IMG/VR virus record: IMGVR_UViG_3300044858_005176 | Span: 2,131-66,130 of that record | Direction: 5' to 3' (one strand) | Source: a virus | Taxonomy: Duplodnaviria; Caudoviricetes | DNA: 64,000 nucleotides | The notes under the pieces: generated by a model | What the model saw: the letters and a program-made list of their open reading frames with translations, nothing else | What the model was told of the DNA's origin: nothing | Database searches by the model: none | Shown here: positions 18,513 to 27,270 of the stretch, one piece after another | Layout: the number at the start of each line of letters is the position of its first letter | Numbering within the stretch: position 1 is the first letter of the stretch | Position numbers and translations under genes: made by a program

Positions 18513-18720
18513 AACTAAACATAGTTATGTATAACTAAACATACCACCCAGGAAAAATTTTGCTGAAAACTAACCCGTCGGTGATTTAGGTGAGCTAAAC
18601 TAATCCGTCGGTTAATTTAGTAAGTTATTTAACAAGCTTTTCAAAATTGCGGCATGAATTGAACGCGAATTGAACGCGGATTGAACACGGAGGGCCAGTT
18701 GTTCAATTCCCCGTCGGTAA
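18513..18720. repeat. AT-rich region with short direct repeats (possible packaging/end site)
   Basis: AACTAAACATA x2; AAACTAA(C/T)CCGTCGGT..TTTAG x2; G(A/G)ATTGAAC(G/A)C x3; CCGTCGGT x3. Confidence 0.7.
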
Positions 18721-18726
18721 ATCGCG

Positions 18727-18750
18727 GTTGACCGGCATCCTCTGGTTATG
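18727..18750 (+). promoter_or_regulatory. GTTGAC-N15-ATG element
   Basis: Precedes the gpW-like gene. Confidence 0.65.
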
Positions 18751-18996
18751 GCGTCACTCGAATGGATGGAAATTTACCGCTCCTACTCCCCTGAGGAGTT
18801 GGAGAGCGAAATCTTAATGCTCAAAGCCCAGGCCACTCTCTACACGAGCCAAAGCATCGGGGAAAAATCCCACACCAAAGACTTGGTGATGGTTCAGAAC
18901 CGGCTTCAAGCCGCCATCCGCGTCCGCAACGAGCGGGTCAATCTCTACTCCAATCCCTCCTACGGAGTTGCCGATTTCTCCAACGGGGTGAACTAA
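18748..18996 (+). CDS. Head completion/adaptor protein (gpW-like)
   Basis: 82 aa, helix-hairpin-helix pattern, immediately upstream of a lambda-type portal. Confidence 0.55.
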   Translation: MASLEWMEIYRSYSPEELESEILMLKAQATLYTSQSIGEKSHTKDLVMVQNRLQAAIRVRNERVNLYSNPSYGVADFSNGVN

Positions 18997-18997
18997 G

Positions 18998-20695
18998 ATG
19001 AACTTACTCGACCGCGCCATCTCCTTTGTCTCACCAGAAGCCGGTGTCCGTCGCGGAGTCGCGCGCGAGCAGTTGCGGCTCTTCGGCTACGATGCCGCCA
19101 TGCCAGGGGTGAAGCGTGGCCGCTCCGGATCCGCGCAAAAGAACGCCTCCAGCGAGAACTGGCGCTCCGCCCGTGACCGCATCGCCCTGATGTGGGATGC
19201 CCGTGATGTGACGCGCAACTTCGCCATCCTGCGCGGCATGGTGGCGCGCATCACCCAATATGTCTGCGACGGAACCTCCTATATCTCGCAGACGGGTGAC
19301 GACCAGGTGGACGCGGCCTATCAGAACTACTTCAATCAATGGGCCAGAAGCGCCGACCTGACCGGCCGCCACAACTTCGGTGATCTTGTCACGATGGCCT
19401 TCTGGGCCATGCTTGTGGATGGGGATCATGGCTGGAACATCCTCACCCTGCCCGACTCCCGTGGGATGCAGCGTATCCAGCTCCAAGCCATCGAATCCGA
19501 CCGGATCGGAAACCCCTACAATCCCGCCGAGACCAACCAAGGAAATAAGATCGGCGGCATCGAGGTCGATGAGCAGGGCAGGCCCATCAACTACTCCATC
19601 TACAAGAGAAGTCGCCTCACCGTCCAATACACCCACGAGCAGGACATCCCAGCCTCCCAATTCATCCATCTCTTTGATCCCCAGCGGGTCGATCAGTATC
19701 GTGGTGTCACGGCTCTAGCCACCGCCATCGCCCCTGCCCGCGATCTCTACGAAATCTACGAGTTCGAGAAGCAGGCCGCTAAATGGCAGGTCGGCCATGC
19801 CGGTGTCATCAAGGTAGCCGATCCGTTCAAGAACAATTCCGTCTCCCAATGGGACGACCGCAAGAGCGAAACAGGAACCGGCCCCGGCACGATGGAGATG
19901 GTGCCCGGCAAGATCCTGCGGCTCACCCAAGGCGAGGATGTGACCTTCAGCCCTGGCACGAACCGGCCCAACGGCGCATTCCTCAATCTCGTCCAGACCA
20001 TGATCAGGGAAATGTCCATGGGCATGAATATGCCCTACGGCTTCCTCTACGACATGAGTACCTTCGGAGGTCATGCCAGCCGCATCGAGATCGCCCAAGC
20101 CCAGCGGTGCATCCGACGCTACCAGAGGCTTCTCAAGGAGCAGGCGCTGGATCCCGTCCGCGATGCGGTGTTGAGCCTCGGCATTGCCCTCGGTGAACTC
20201 CCCTCCCACCCCTCTTGGCAGAATGGCCGATGGGGATTCGGATCCTCGCTCTCGGGCGACTACGGCAACGACACCGCCGCCAATATGCAGAGGCTCCAGA
20301 TGGGACTGGTCACGGCCAGCGACCTCATTAGCGAGACGGGTCAGACCTTCGAGGAAGTGGTTCGGCGACAGGCTACCGAAGTCCAGTATATGCAGAGGGT
20401 TGCCAGCGAGACGGGTGTGCCCATTGAGCTGATGAGCCAGCGTCTGGCCGGTGCGACCGATCAGCTTGCGGCCATGAACACGCCGCCCCAGCCCCCGTCG
20501 AGCCTCATGGAGACGGGAACCGATGTCAAACCGCTCCTCGACATCCTCAAGAATGTGGGTGAGGGGATCATGGATCGCCAAAGCGCCATCACCTCCATCG
20601 TCAGCCTCTACGGCCTCAATCCCGCCGAGGTGGATAAAATGGTGCCTCAGCAGGGCAAGAAGGAAGAGCCATCAGTCAAAACGGAGGAAGAATAA
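18998..20695 (+). CDS. Portal protein, lambda family
   Basis: MNLLDRAISFVSP, YDAA, LQAIESDRI, GIEVDEQGRP..Y, HLFDPQRVDQYRGV. Confidence 0.92.
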   Translation: MNLLDRAISFVSPEAGVRRGVAREQLRLFGYDAAMPGVKRGRSGSAQKNASSENWRSARDRIALMWDARDVTRNFAILRGMVARITQYVCDGTSYISQTGDDQVDAAYQNYFNQWARSADLTGRHNFGDLVTMAFWAMLVDGDHGWNILTLPDSRGMQRIQLQAIESDRIGNPYNPAETNQGNKIGGIEVDEQGRPINYSIYKRSRLTVQYTHEQDIPASQFIHLFDPQRVDQYRGVTALATAIAPARDLYEIYEFEKQAAKWQVGHAGVIKVADPFKNNSVSQWDDRKSETGTGPGTMEMVPGKILRLTQGEDVTFSPGTNRPNGAFLNLVQTMIREMSMGMNMPYGFLYDMSTFGGHASRIEIAQAQRCIRRYQRLLKEQALDPVRDAVLSLGIALGELPSHPSWQNGRWGFGSSLSGDYGNDTAANMQRLQMGLVTASDLISETGQTFEEVVRRQATEVQYMQRVASETGVPIELMSQRLAGATDQLAAMNTPPQPPSSLMETGTDVKPLLDILKNVGEGIMDRQSAITSIVSLYGLNPAEVDKMVPQQGKKEEPSVKTEEE

Positions 20696-23600
20696 TGGAA
20701 CTCAACGACACAGCCAAAGCCGTCTGGAGGCATTACTACAAGGGGGCCAAGAAGGTCCTACGCTCTACAAAGGGAAAGCTTGGTGGCGATCTTGAGGGCT
20801 ACATGCCATCTGACAGAAATCGCTCGAAGTTTGGGTTGGTATGGAGGGGAACGCACAAGGGAGAGGTCGAGACTATTGCCGAACAGGGCAGTTTTAAGAG
20901 CAAGTGGACGAACCCCAATTTCCCCAATCGTCCGCGCACCTATGTCGCTGGAAGTGCAACCAAGCCAGAAGCATACGCCATCACTTCTGCCGCTCATCTT
21001 GGGGGACAATCGGATTCCACGGGATTTCCTTCTTCTGTGGGAGGGCTTTTGGATCGGGAAAAAAGCCTTCCCCATGCGCGTATCTACGGGATCGCCCCTC
21101 ATGTAGAGCGCCGCGCTGACCGAAAGGTGAGGGGTTGGGTTGGCGACTCTGCCGCAACAGCCCCTATTCGTGGAGGCATCAATCGCAATGAAGTCCGCGC
21201 TTTATTGAAACCCACGGGGGTCAAGGAGGATAAAAACAAATGGGGTGAAGTCAGAGGCAGGAGCGTGCTCTGGAAACCCACACCCCTTGGCGACATCCAG
21301 AAGAAAAACTTCTCCGCTCTGAAAGAATTTACCATGAAAAAACGATTCAAAAAAGTTGTCAAAAACCTCAAGACTGGCCGCACCAAGACCGTTCGGTATG
21401 GTCAGGCTGGTCAGGCCAAGGACGGAGGCGATCGCATCCGTCCAGGCACCTCCAAGGGTGACGCTTACTGCGCCCGATCCAATTCCATCAAGGGGGATTG
21501 GAGGGATGACCCGAATTCACCCAATAACTTGAGCCGTCGCAAATGGAAATGCCGTGGAAGCAAATCCATGAAGAAGCTCTCAAGGTTGACGCTTGGCCTC
21601 AAGGGTATGAAGCAATTCCAGTCTTACCATAAGACTCCGTCAGAGGAGCGAGGTGATTTCATCAAAACAGGGATCCTCTCTGCTGGCGTGGCCGGTGGCT
21701 TGGGGCTTGCGGGACTGGCCCTGCGCAACTCCGTGGGAAAGATCGAACGCGCCGAGATCGCTCGTAATGCCGTCAATCGGGTCGTGGCTGCCCAGCGAAA
21801 TTCCAAGGCCAACAGCGCGGTCAATCCCGCAGTCCAAACGATGACTCAGGATGCCTCCATTGCGGCTCAAAAAGTCAGGGAGAAAAAGGTCGCTTCCCTG
21901 AAAAAACAGGACAAGGGATTCACCAAGATGGTCAAGCAGGCACAAAAGAACCCCAATCTGTCCCCCCTCGAAAAAGAGGAATACGCCAAGGGTCATGCCA
22001 GATGGCGTGAAAAAAACGCGCGCTACACGGCATTCGAGACGGCAACCGTCATCCGCCAGAAGCGCGACACGCTTTCCAAGGTGCGTGACGCCGCCCAGCT
22101 TGCCGGTGGTCTGGGAGTTCTTGGAGCGGCGGGATACGCGGGATACCGCGCCCATGGTCTCTACAAATTGGGCAAGGCCCAGATCCCTGCCATTTCGGAA
22201 GTCATCCAGAAGGAAGCCCCAAGCGTGGCTCGCTACGCCAAGGCTACGTTCCGCTCCGTGAACAAAAGTGCCAACAAGGTTGGCAAGACGGCCGGAACCA
22301 TCAATGAAAACGTCCCTGCCATCCGCAAGTCGATTGCCGATGGGCCGCTTGGACGATTCCCATGGCAGAGCAAAAAGCTGAGTGCCAAGTATTTCGAGGA
22401 AGAGCGCAAGAGCGCAAAGAGTCGCCTTGCCGTCGCGGGAGTTCTCGGCGCAGGAGTCGGGCTTGGCATAGCCGCCGCGCCCGGCCTTCGCCGCATCGAG
22501 AAGGTTGCCAAGAAGACAATCCGCTCCGCAGGGAATGTCGCCGACCGGCTCGCCTCCACTCAGGACAATCTCCGCCATTCCACTTCCATCTACGCCGACA
22601 TGGGAAGGATTTATTCCAAGATCAAGCCCGAAGTGATGGGAGGGGTGCATAACATCCTCCACCCCATCCAGACCCTCAAGGAGACCCGTGCGGCCTTCAA
22701 GGCCGGTCTGGCTGGCCAGAAAACCTATCCGAAGGCCCAGCGTCCAGCATGGGCCTTGAACGCCAAGCTGAAGCTCCGCGAGTTTGACGAAAAGAAATCC
22801 AGCGTTGGCCGCAAGATTGCCGTCGGTGCCGCGATCGGCGGCGGTGCGCTGGCCGGTGGAGTGCTTGGAGCAAGGACTCTCCCGAGGCTGATTTCTAGGG
22901 GCCGTCCGATGCGTGAAGGCGAATCGCTGATGGGCAAGGTCGTCTATAGCTATCAGGGCAAGACAACCCCTGCCGAAATCTATCATCTCCCTGATGGCAA
23001 GAATCTCAGAGGCATCCTGCACCGCGCTGGCAAGCGCGAGGGGATGACCGGCAAGATGGCTCGTGGGGCCATGAAGGTGGATGATTTCCTCGGAATCCCC
23101 CAGCGTCATTACGCCGTTGGAGTGGGATCTGGCCGTGTCGCCGAGGTCTCCAAGACCCATGGCCGCCGCATCATCCCCGAAGAGAAGCTGGGGAAGATCA
23201 TGGTCGATAGCGAAGGAACCATCCTGAAGGATCCCCATGGGCCCCGGCCCCATGTCGAAGGGGGCATCCATACGAATGCCAAGGAAATCGAGGGGATGAA
23301 CAGCCGCTACGAAGCCGCCCAAAGCGATCCTCGCTTCAAGAGGGGGTCCATCAATCCAGCCACTTGCAACAACTGTGAAAGCTATGCTCGCGGTATCGCT
23401 GGTCAGGGCTTCCGCTCCCGACAGGTCTCGGCCATCTATGGAGGTGCCGCTGGTGGTGCCCTCCTCGGAGGAGGTGCGGTAGCCGCCTTGACTCGCAAGA
23501 AGAAGAAGGAATTCGATTTTGAAATCACCGAGGGAGGCGTCCCCTTCACGGGGAAGATCGCCCGTGACCGCTTCATCAAGCGCATTCACGAGGACGACCT

Positions 23601-25440
23601 CAACCGCCGTGACTCCAACATGGCCAAGGCGGCCTTGGCCTCCGGTGCGGCAGGAGCACTCACGGGATCTACTTCCAAATCCAGACTCATCCGCGCCGCT
23701 CTCGCGGCAGGGGCCGGTGTGACGGGGGTGGCTGGTATTCGCCAGATCACCCAGCGTGACATCTACGGCGAACGCTCCCGAACCGGCAAGCGTGCCGAAC
23801 TGCTCCCAGCAGTCGGCGCAGTCGGCGCCGCAGGAGCCATCCTTGCCAAGAAAGCCAAGCTGTTCTCATGGGAACTCCTTCGACTTGCCGAAGAGCGCAA
23901 GAAGCTTCAGCGAGTCACCCGTCCGATCATGAAAAAACAACCCGTCCAATCCGAAAGCTGGGATGAGGGTCTCTCCGTCATCCGCGCGGTTCGCAACGCC
24001 ACGGGCATGGACAAGTCTCCGAAGCAACCCGTGAAGTTCTTTGAGCAGAAGAAATCGCTCAACCCCTATCTCGGAGCCGCCGTCTCGGGTGGACTCTCTG
24101 GAGGATCCCTGGGTGCGCTCTCCATTCTCCGCAGGGGGACATCGCTCCGCTCGGCGGCAGCATCGGCTGGCAAGTTGGGCGCGGTCTCCGCTGGAATTGT
24201 CGGCGGCGGTGCCCTGATCGGTAGCAAGATCATCGGCAATCCTCGTTCCGAAGAATCCACTCCCTTCACCAAGCGTGCCGCCATTGGCGGTGCCATCACG
24301 GGAGCGGCGGCGGGATTGGCCGGAGGGATTGCCCTTCGCAAGACCCGTGGGGGCGCTCGTCTGCTTGTCGATGCCTCCAAGTCATGGCGACCAGCCGTGG
24401 CCATCCGCAAGGCCCCTGTTGCCGGGGCAGTCGGCATCGGCACCATCGGCGGCGCTCTCTACGGCGGCGGCATGGGTGCCGATGAGGGTCAGCAGGTGGA
24501 TACGCTCATCAACCTGAAAAAGGACATGAAGAAGTCCAAGGAATTCGGCTACCAGAATCAGCCTCGCCGCGCAGGAACGGCCACATACATGCCCGATGGG
24601 ACGACCAAGTGGACACGCGATCGCGGCACCTTCGCCCAGCCTGTTCGCGCGAAATTCGGTCTGGAAGGGCCGATGATGAGAATTAGCTCAGTGACCGGCA
24701 AGCCCACCACTCCTGGCGATCCCGAGGGCATCGTCCCATCCTTCACTCAGGCCCAGATGGTCAAAGGCTTCTACAACAAGGGTAAGGAGATCAACAAGTG
24801 GGGAGGCCGTGGTGCCGGTCTGCTTGGTGACGCAGGAAGCGTGCTGGCCGGTCAGGAGAGGGCGCGTGACGCATCCGGTCGGGTCAAGAAACGCGAATGG
24901 GAAAAGAGTTGGTTCCGCAATGCCGTGGGATCTGCCGCCGCCGCCGCTGGTCTGGCCGGAGCCGCCTATGTCACAACCAAGACTCCCTTTGGGCAAAAAC
25001 ACATGCTCCCCAGGTTGAGGAGTGTGGTCAAGTACGGCGAGAGCAAGGGGGTCAGTCTTCTTACCGCCAATCTCAACAAGCTCAAGCAGTTCGATGATTG
25101 GGCCGCCTACCACGGCTGGGATGTGCGCGATCCTCGCGGCCGCTCGGCCCGGGTCTTTGCACCCGGCTCGCGCGCCCGTTCACGCCGCGAAAAGGAATGG
25201 CATGAGAAGAAAGATAACCGCGAAACCCTTTACAAGGCCGCTGTGGTCGGGGCGATCGGCCTCGGAGCCGCCGCAGGATATGCCGGAACCCGCATCGCTG
25301 GTGGCCTGCCCGTCATTCCACGCTCCGTGAAGAGCGTCTTCAAAGCCAAACCGATCAGCGTGGAGGCCGCCGAAGAGCAACTCAAAGCGGCCAAGCTCCG
25401 CGCCAACGCCAGCAACATCACACCCTTCCCAAGGAGTTAA
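20695..25440 (+). CDS. 1581-aa modular head-cargo polyprotein (ART-like, DUF6321-like, LRAT-like, glycine-zipper modules)
   Basis: Coupled to portal (TAATG); very basic; repeated GxxxG hydrophobic helices; modules end in K/R-E/Q-F-type motifs. Confidence 0.75.
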   Translation: MELNDTAKAVWRHYYKGAKKVLRSTKGKLGGDLEGYMPSDRNRSKFGLVWRGTHKGEVETIAEQGSFKSKWTNPNFPNRPRTYVAGSATKPEAYAITSAAHLGGQSDSTGFPSSVGGLLDREKSLPHARIYGIAPHVERRADRKVRGWVGDSAATAPIRGGINRNEVRALLKPTGVKEDKNKWGEVRGRSVLWKPTPLGDIQKKNFSALKEFTMKKRFKKVVKNLKTGRTKTVRYGQAGQAKDGGDRIRPGTSKGDAYCARSNSIKGDWRDDPNSPNNLSRRKWKCRGSKSMKKLSRLTLGLKGMKQFQSYHKTPSEERGDFIKTGILSAGVAGGLGLAGLALRNSVGKIERAEIARNAVNRVVAAQRNSKANSAVNPAVQTMTQDASIAAQKVREKKVASLKKQDKGFTKMVKQAQKNPNLSPLEKEEYAKGHARWREKNARYTAFETATVIRQKRDTLSKVRDAAQLAGGLGVLGAAGYAGYRAHGLYKLGKAQIPAISEVIQKEAPSVARYAKATFRSVNKSANKVGKTAGTINENVPAIRKSIADGPLGRFPWQSKKLSAKYFEEERKSAKSRLAVAGVLGAGVGLGIAAAPGLRRIEKVAKKTIRSAGNVADRLASTQDNLRHSTSIYADMGRIYSKIKPEVMGGVHNILHPIQTLKETRAAFKAGLAGQKTYPKAQRPAWALNAKLKLREFDEKKSSVGRKIAVGAAIGGGALAGGVLGARTLPRLISRGRPMREGESLMGKVVYSYQGKTTPAEIYHLPDGKNLRGILHRAGKREGMTGKMARGAMKVDDFLGIPQRHYAVGVGSGRVAEVSKTHGRRIIPEEKLGKIMVDSEGTILKDPHGPRPHVEGGIHTNAKEIEGMNSRYEAAQSDPRFKRGSINPATCNNCESYARGIAGQGFRSRQVSAIYGGAAGGALLGGGAVAALTRKKKKEFDFEITEGGVPFTGKIARDRFIKRIHEDDLNRRDSNMAKAALASGAAGALTGSTSKSRLIRAALAAGAGVTGVAGIRQITQRDIYGERSRTGKRAELLPAVGAVGAAGAILAKKAKLFSWELLRLAEERKKLQRVTRPIMKKQPVQSESWDEGLSVIRAVRNATGMDKSPKQPVKFFEQKKSLNPYLGAAVSGGLSGGSLGALSILRRGTSLRSAAASAGKLGAVSAGIVGGGALIGSKIIGNPRSEESTPFTKRAAIGGAITGAAAGLAGGIALRKTRGGARLLVDASKSWRPAVAIRKAPVAGAVGIGTIGGALYGGGMGADEGQQVDTLINLKKDMKKSKEFGYQNQPRRAGTATYMPDGTTKWTRDRGTFAQPVRAKFGLEGPMMRISSVTGKPTTPGDPEGIVPSFTQAQMVKGFYNKGKEINKWGGRGAGLLGDAGSVLAGQERARDASGRVKKREWEKSWFRNAVGSAAAAAGLAGAAYVTTKTPFGQKHMLPRLRSVVKYGESKGVSLLTANLNKLKQFDDWAAYHGWDVRDPRGRSARVFAPGSRARSRREKEWHEKKDNRETLYKAAVVGAIGLGAAAGYAGTRIAGGLPVIPRSVKSVFKAKPISVEAAEEQLKAAKLRANASNITPFPRS
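21621..21635. promoter_or_regulatory. Palindrome site 7 GTCTTA-CCA-TAAGAC
   Basis: Inside polyprotein (reads SYHKT). Confidence 0.7.
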
Positions 25441-25442
25441 GA

Positions 25443-26450
25443 ATGAAAACCGACAAAAACTGGGGATCCATCGCCCGTGCCGCCGCCGAGCGGAGTCACA
25501 AGTCCGAACTCACCGAGCGGACCGCCGCTCTGAAGAAGGCCCACGAAAAGATCGAGGAGTTGGAAAGCCGACTGGATGTTGTCAGCGCCCTTGCCTCTAA
25601 GAAGCCGGTCAAGAAGTCGCTTGTGCCAGTCGAGTTGGACGGGGGGCAGGCCACCGCCGTCATCTGTGCCTCCGACTGGCATGTGGAGGAAAGCGTCTCC
25701 TCCAATTCCACCAACGGCCTCAATGAGTTCAATCTTTCGATTGCCGAGGATCGCATCAAGAAATTCTTCTCGAGTGCCATCCGTCTTACCGAGATCCAAC
25801 GAAATGGTGCCGACATCGAGGACTGCATCCTCTGGTTGGGGGGCGATTTGATGAGTGGCTACATTCATGAGGAATTGCAGGAAACCAACTCCCTCTCGCC
25901 GACCGAGACCATTCTCTGGCTCAAGGGCAGGCTCGAGGAGGGCATCGCGTATGTCCGCAAGAACTTCAAGACCACCACGATAGTATGCAGCTATGGGAAT
26001 CACGGTCGCACCACCAAGAAACCAAGGCATGCCACCGGCTTCCAGAACAGCTACGAGTGGCTTCTCTACAGCATCCTTTCCCAGCAGATCACGGGTGATG
26101 ACATCTCCTGGGTGGTGGCCGACAGCTATCTCAGCTTTGTGAAACTCTATGGCAAGACCCTGCGCTTTCACCATGGCGATCAACTCCGCTACCAAGGCGG
26201 AGTCGGTGGCCTGACCATTCCGGTCGAGAAGGCCATCGCAAGCTGGAACCGCGCGCGGGTGGCGGATCTGGATGTCTTTGGGCATTGGCACACGCAGCAA
26301 CAAAATCCGAAGTGGATCTCCAACGGCAGCCTTATTGGGTTTAATGCCTATGCGGTGAGCATCAAGGCCGCCTATGAAAAGCCTCAGCAGACATACTTCC
26401 TGTATGACCGCGACCGAGGCCGAACCATCACAGCCCCCATTATCCTATGA
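25443..26450 (+). CDS. Calcineurin-like metallophosphoesterase
   Basis: SDWH, GGD, GNHGR, HHGD, GHWH. Confidence 0.88.
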   Translation: MKTDKNWGSIARAAAERSHKSELTERTAALKKAHEKIEELESRLDVVSALASKKPVKKSLVPVELDGGQATAVICASDWHVEESVSSNSTNGLNEFNLSIAEDRIKKFFSSAIRLTEIQRNGADIEDCILWLGGDLMSGYIHEELQETNSLSPTETILWLKGRLEEGIAYVRKNFKTTTIVCSYGNHGRTTKKPRHATGFQNSYEWLLYSILSQQITGDDISWVVADSYLSFVKLYGKTLRFHHGDQLRYQGGVGGLTIPVEKAIASWNRARVADLDVFGHWHTQQQNPKWISNGSLIGFNAYAVSIKAAYEKPQQTYFLYDRDRGRTITAPIIL

Positions 26451-26878
26451 AGTGGAAGAAACTTGTCTGCCGTCAGAACTCGCGCGTCTATTCCTGGCCT
26501 GCGGGCTGGGATACGTCAGAGTCCATCGCCGAACAACTGGAGTGCAGTGCCGAGCGGGTGCGTGAGCATCTGGCTCCCAGCATCAAGGCGGGGGAGGTCG
26601 AGATGAAGAGCTTCATGGTCTGGGATCGGGATACCGGCCGCAAGGTATCCAAGACCGGCTTCCGCATCGTGGAAAAGTCGCAAGATCGACAGGAATCCGT
26701 CGAAACTGGCTCGAAACGCCCCAATAGGTGGCCGTTCTACGAGGGGGCCAAGATCGTGCGACCCGATTCCCCCAAGCGCATTGGGGTGATCAAGGCTGGG
26801 CGGATCCATTGGTCAGACGGGAAGGTGACCGTCCCGAATTCCCCTAGCCAACGCTCCAAGCTCCGCTTGTCCAAGTGA
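26447..26878 (+). CDS. Hypothetical protein (possible winged HTH)
   Basis: ESIAEQLECSAERVREHL; ATGA overlap. Confidence 0.6.
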   Translation: MKWKKLVCRQNSRVYSWPAGWDTSESIAEQLECSAERVREHLAPSIKAGEVEMKSFMVWDRDTGRKVSKTGFRIVEKSQDRQESVETGSKRPNRWPFYEGAKIVRPDSPKRIGVIKAGRIHWSDGKVTVPNSPSQRSKLRLSK

Positions 26879-27249
26879 AGGCTCCCAACGAGCATTGCGT
26901 TCCGGTGGAAATCTACCGTGACGAGTGCTGGATCGTCTGGCCGGTGGATCACCGATCGGCCTTGGCGTGGCTTCATCGCCGTGGGTTTAAGAAGCCCAAG
27001 CATGTGCATGAACTTCGAGGGGCCGATGGCCTCTGTGTGCGAACCAAGTCAGCCAGCGTCATCTTCTTGACCGAATGGAAATCGACTCCCTCGATGCATG
27101 GCGTCCTGGCTCATGAAACCCTCCATGCAGCCCGAGACATCCTCAATAGCCGAGGCGTCCGCGAGAAGAGGAAGCATGAGGAGGCCACTACCTATTTGCA
27201 ACAATACCTGGTGGAAAAAATCCTCCAGCGACTTTTGCGCAAGAGTTGA
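26875..27249 (+). CDS. HExxH metallopeptidase-like protein
   Basis: VLAHETLHAA...HEEATTY. Confidence 0.65.
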   Translation: MKAPNEHCVPVEIYRDECWIVWPVDHRSALAWLHRRGFKKPKHVHELRGADGLCVRTKSASVIFLTEWKSTPSMHGVLAHETLHAARDILNSRGVREKRKHEEATTYLQQYLVEKILQRLLRKS

Positions 27250-27270
27250 CGCAGGGGGGAGGTGGGTATG
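27245..27270 (+). promoter_or_regulatory. GTTGAC-N17-ATG element
   Basis: Precedes ATG 27268. Confidence 0.6.

Noticed and set aside
21640-23589. 649-aa minus-strand ORF
   Set aside because: Antisense shadow of the polyprotein, expected from GC-rich codon bias; no motifs.
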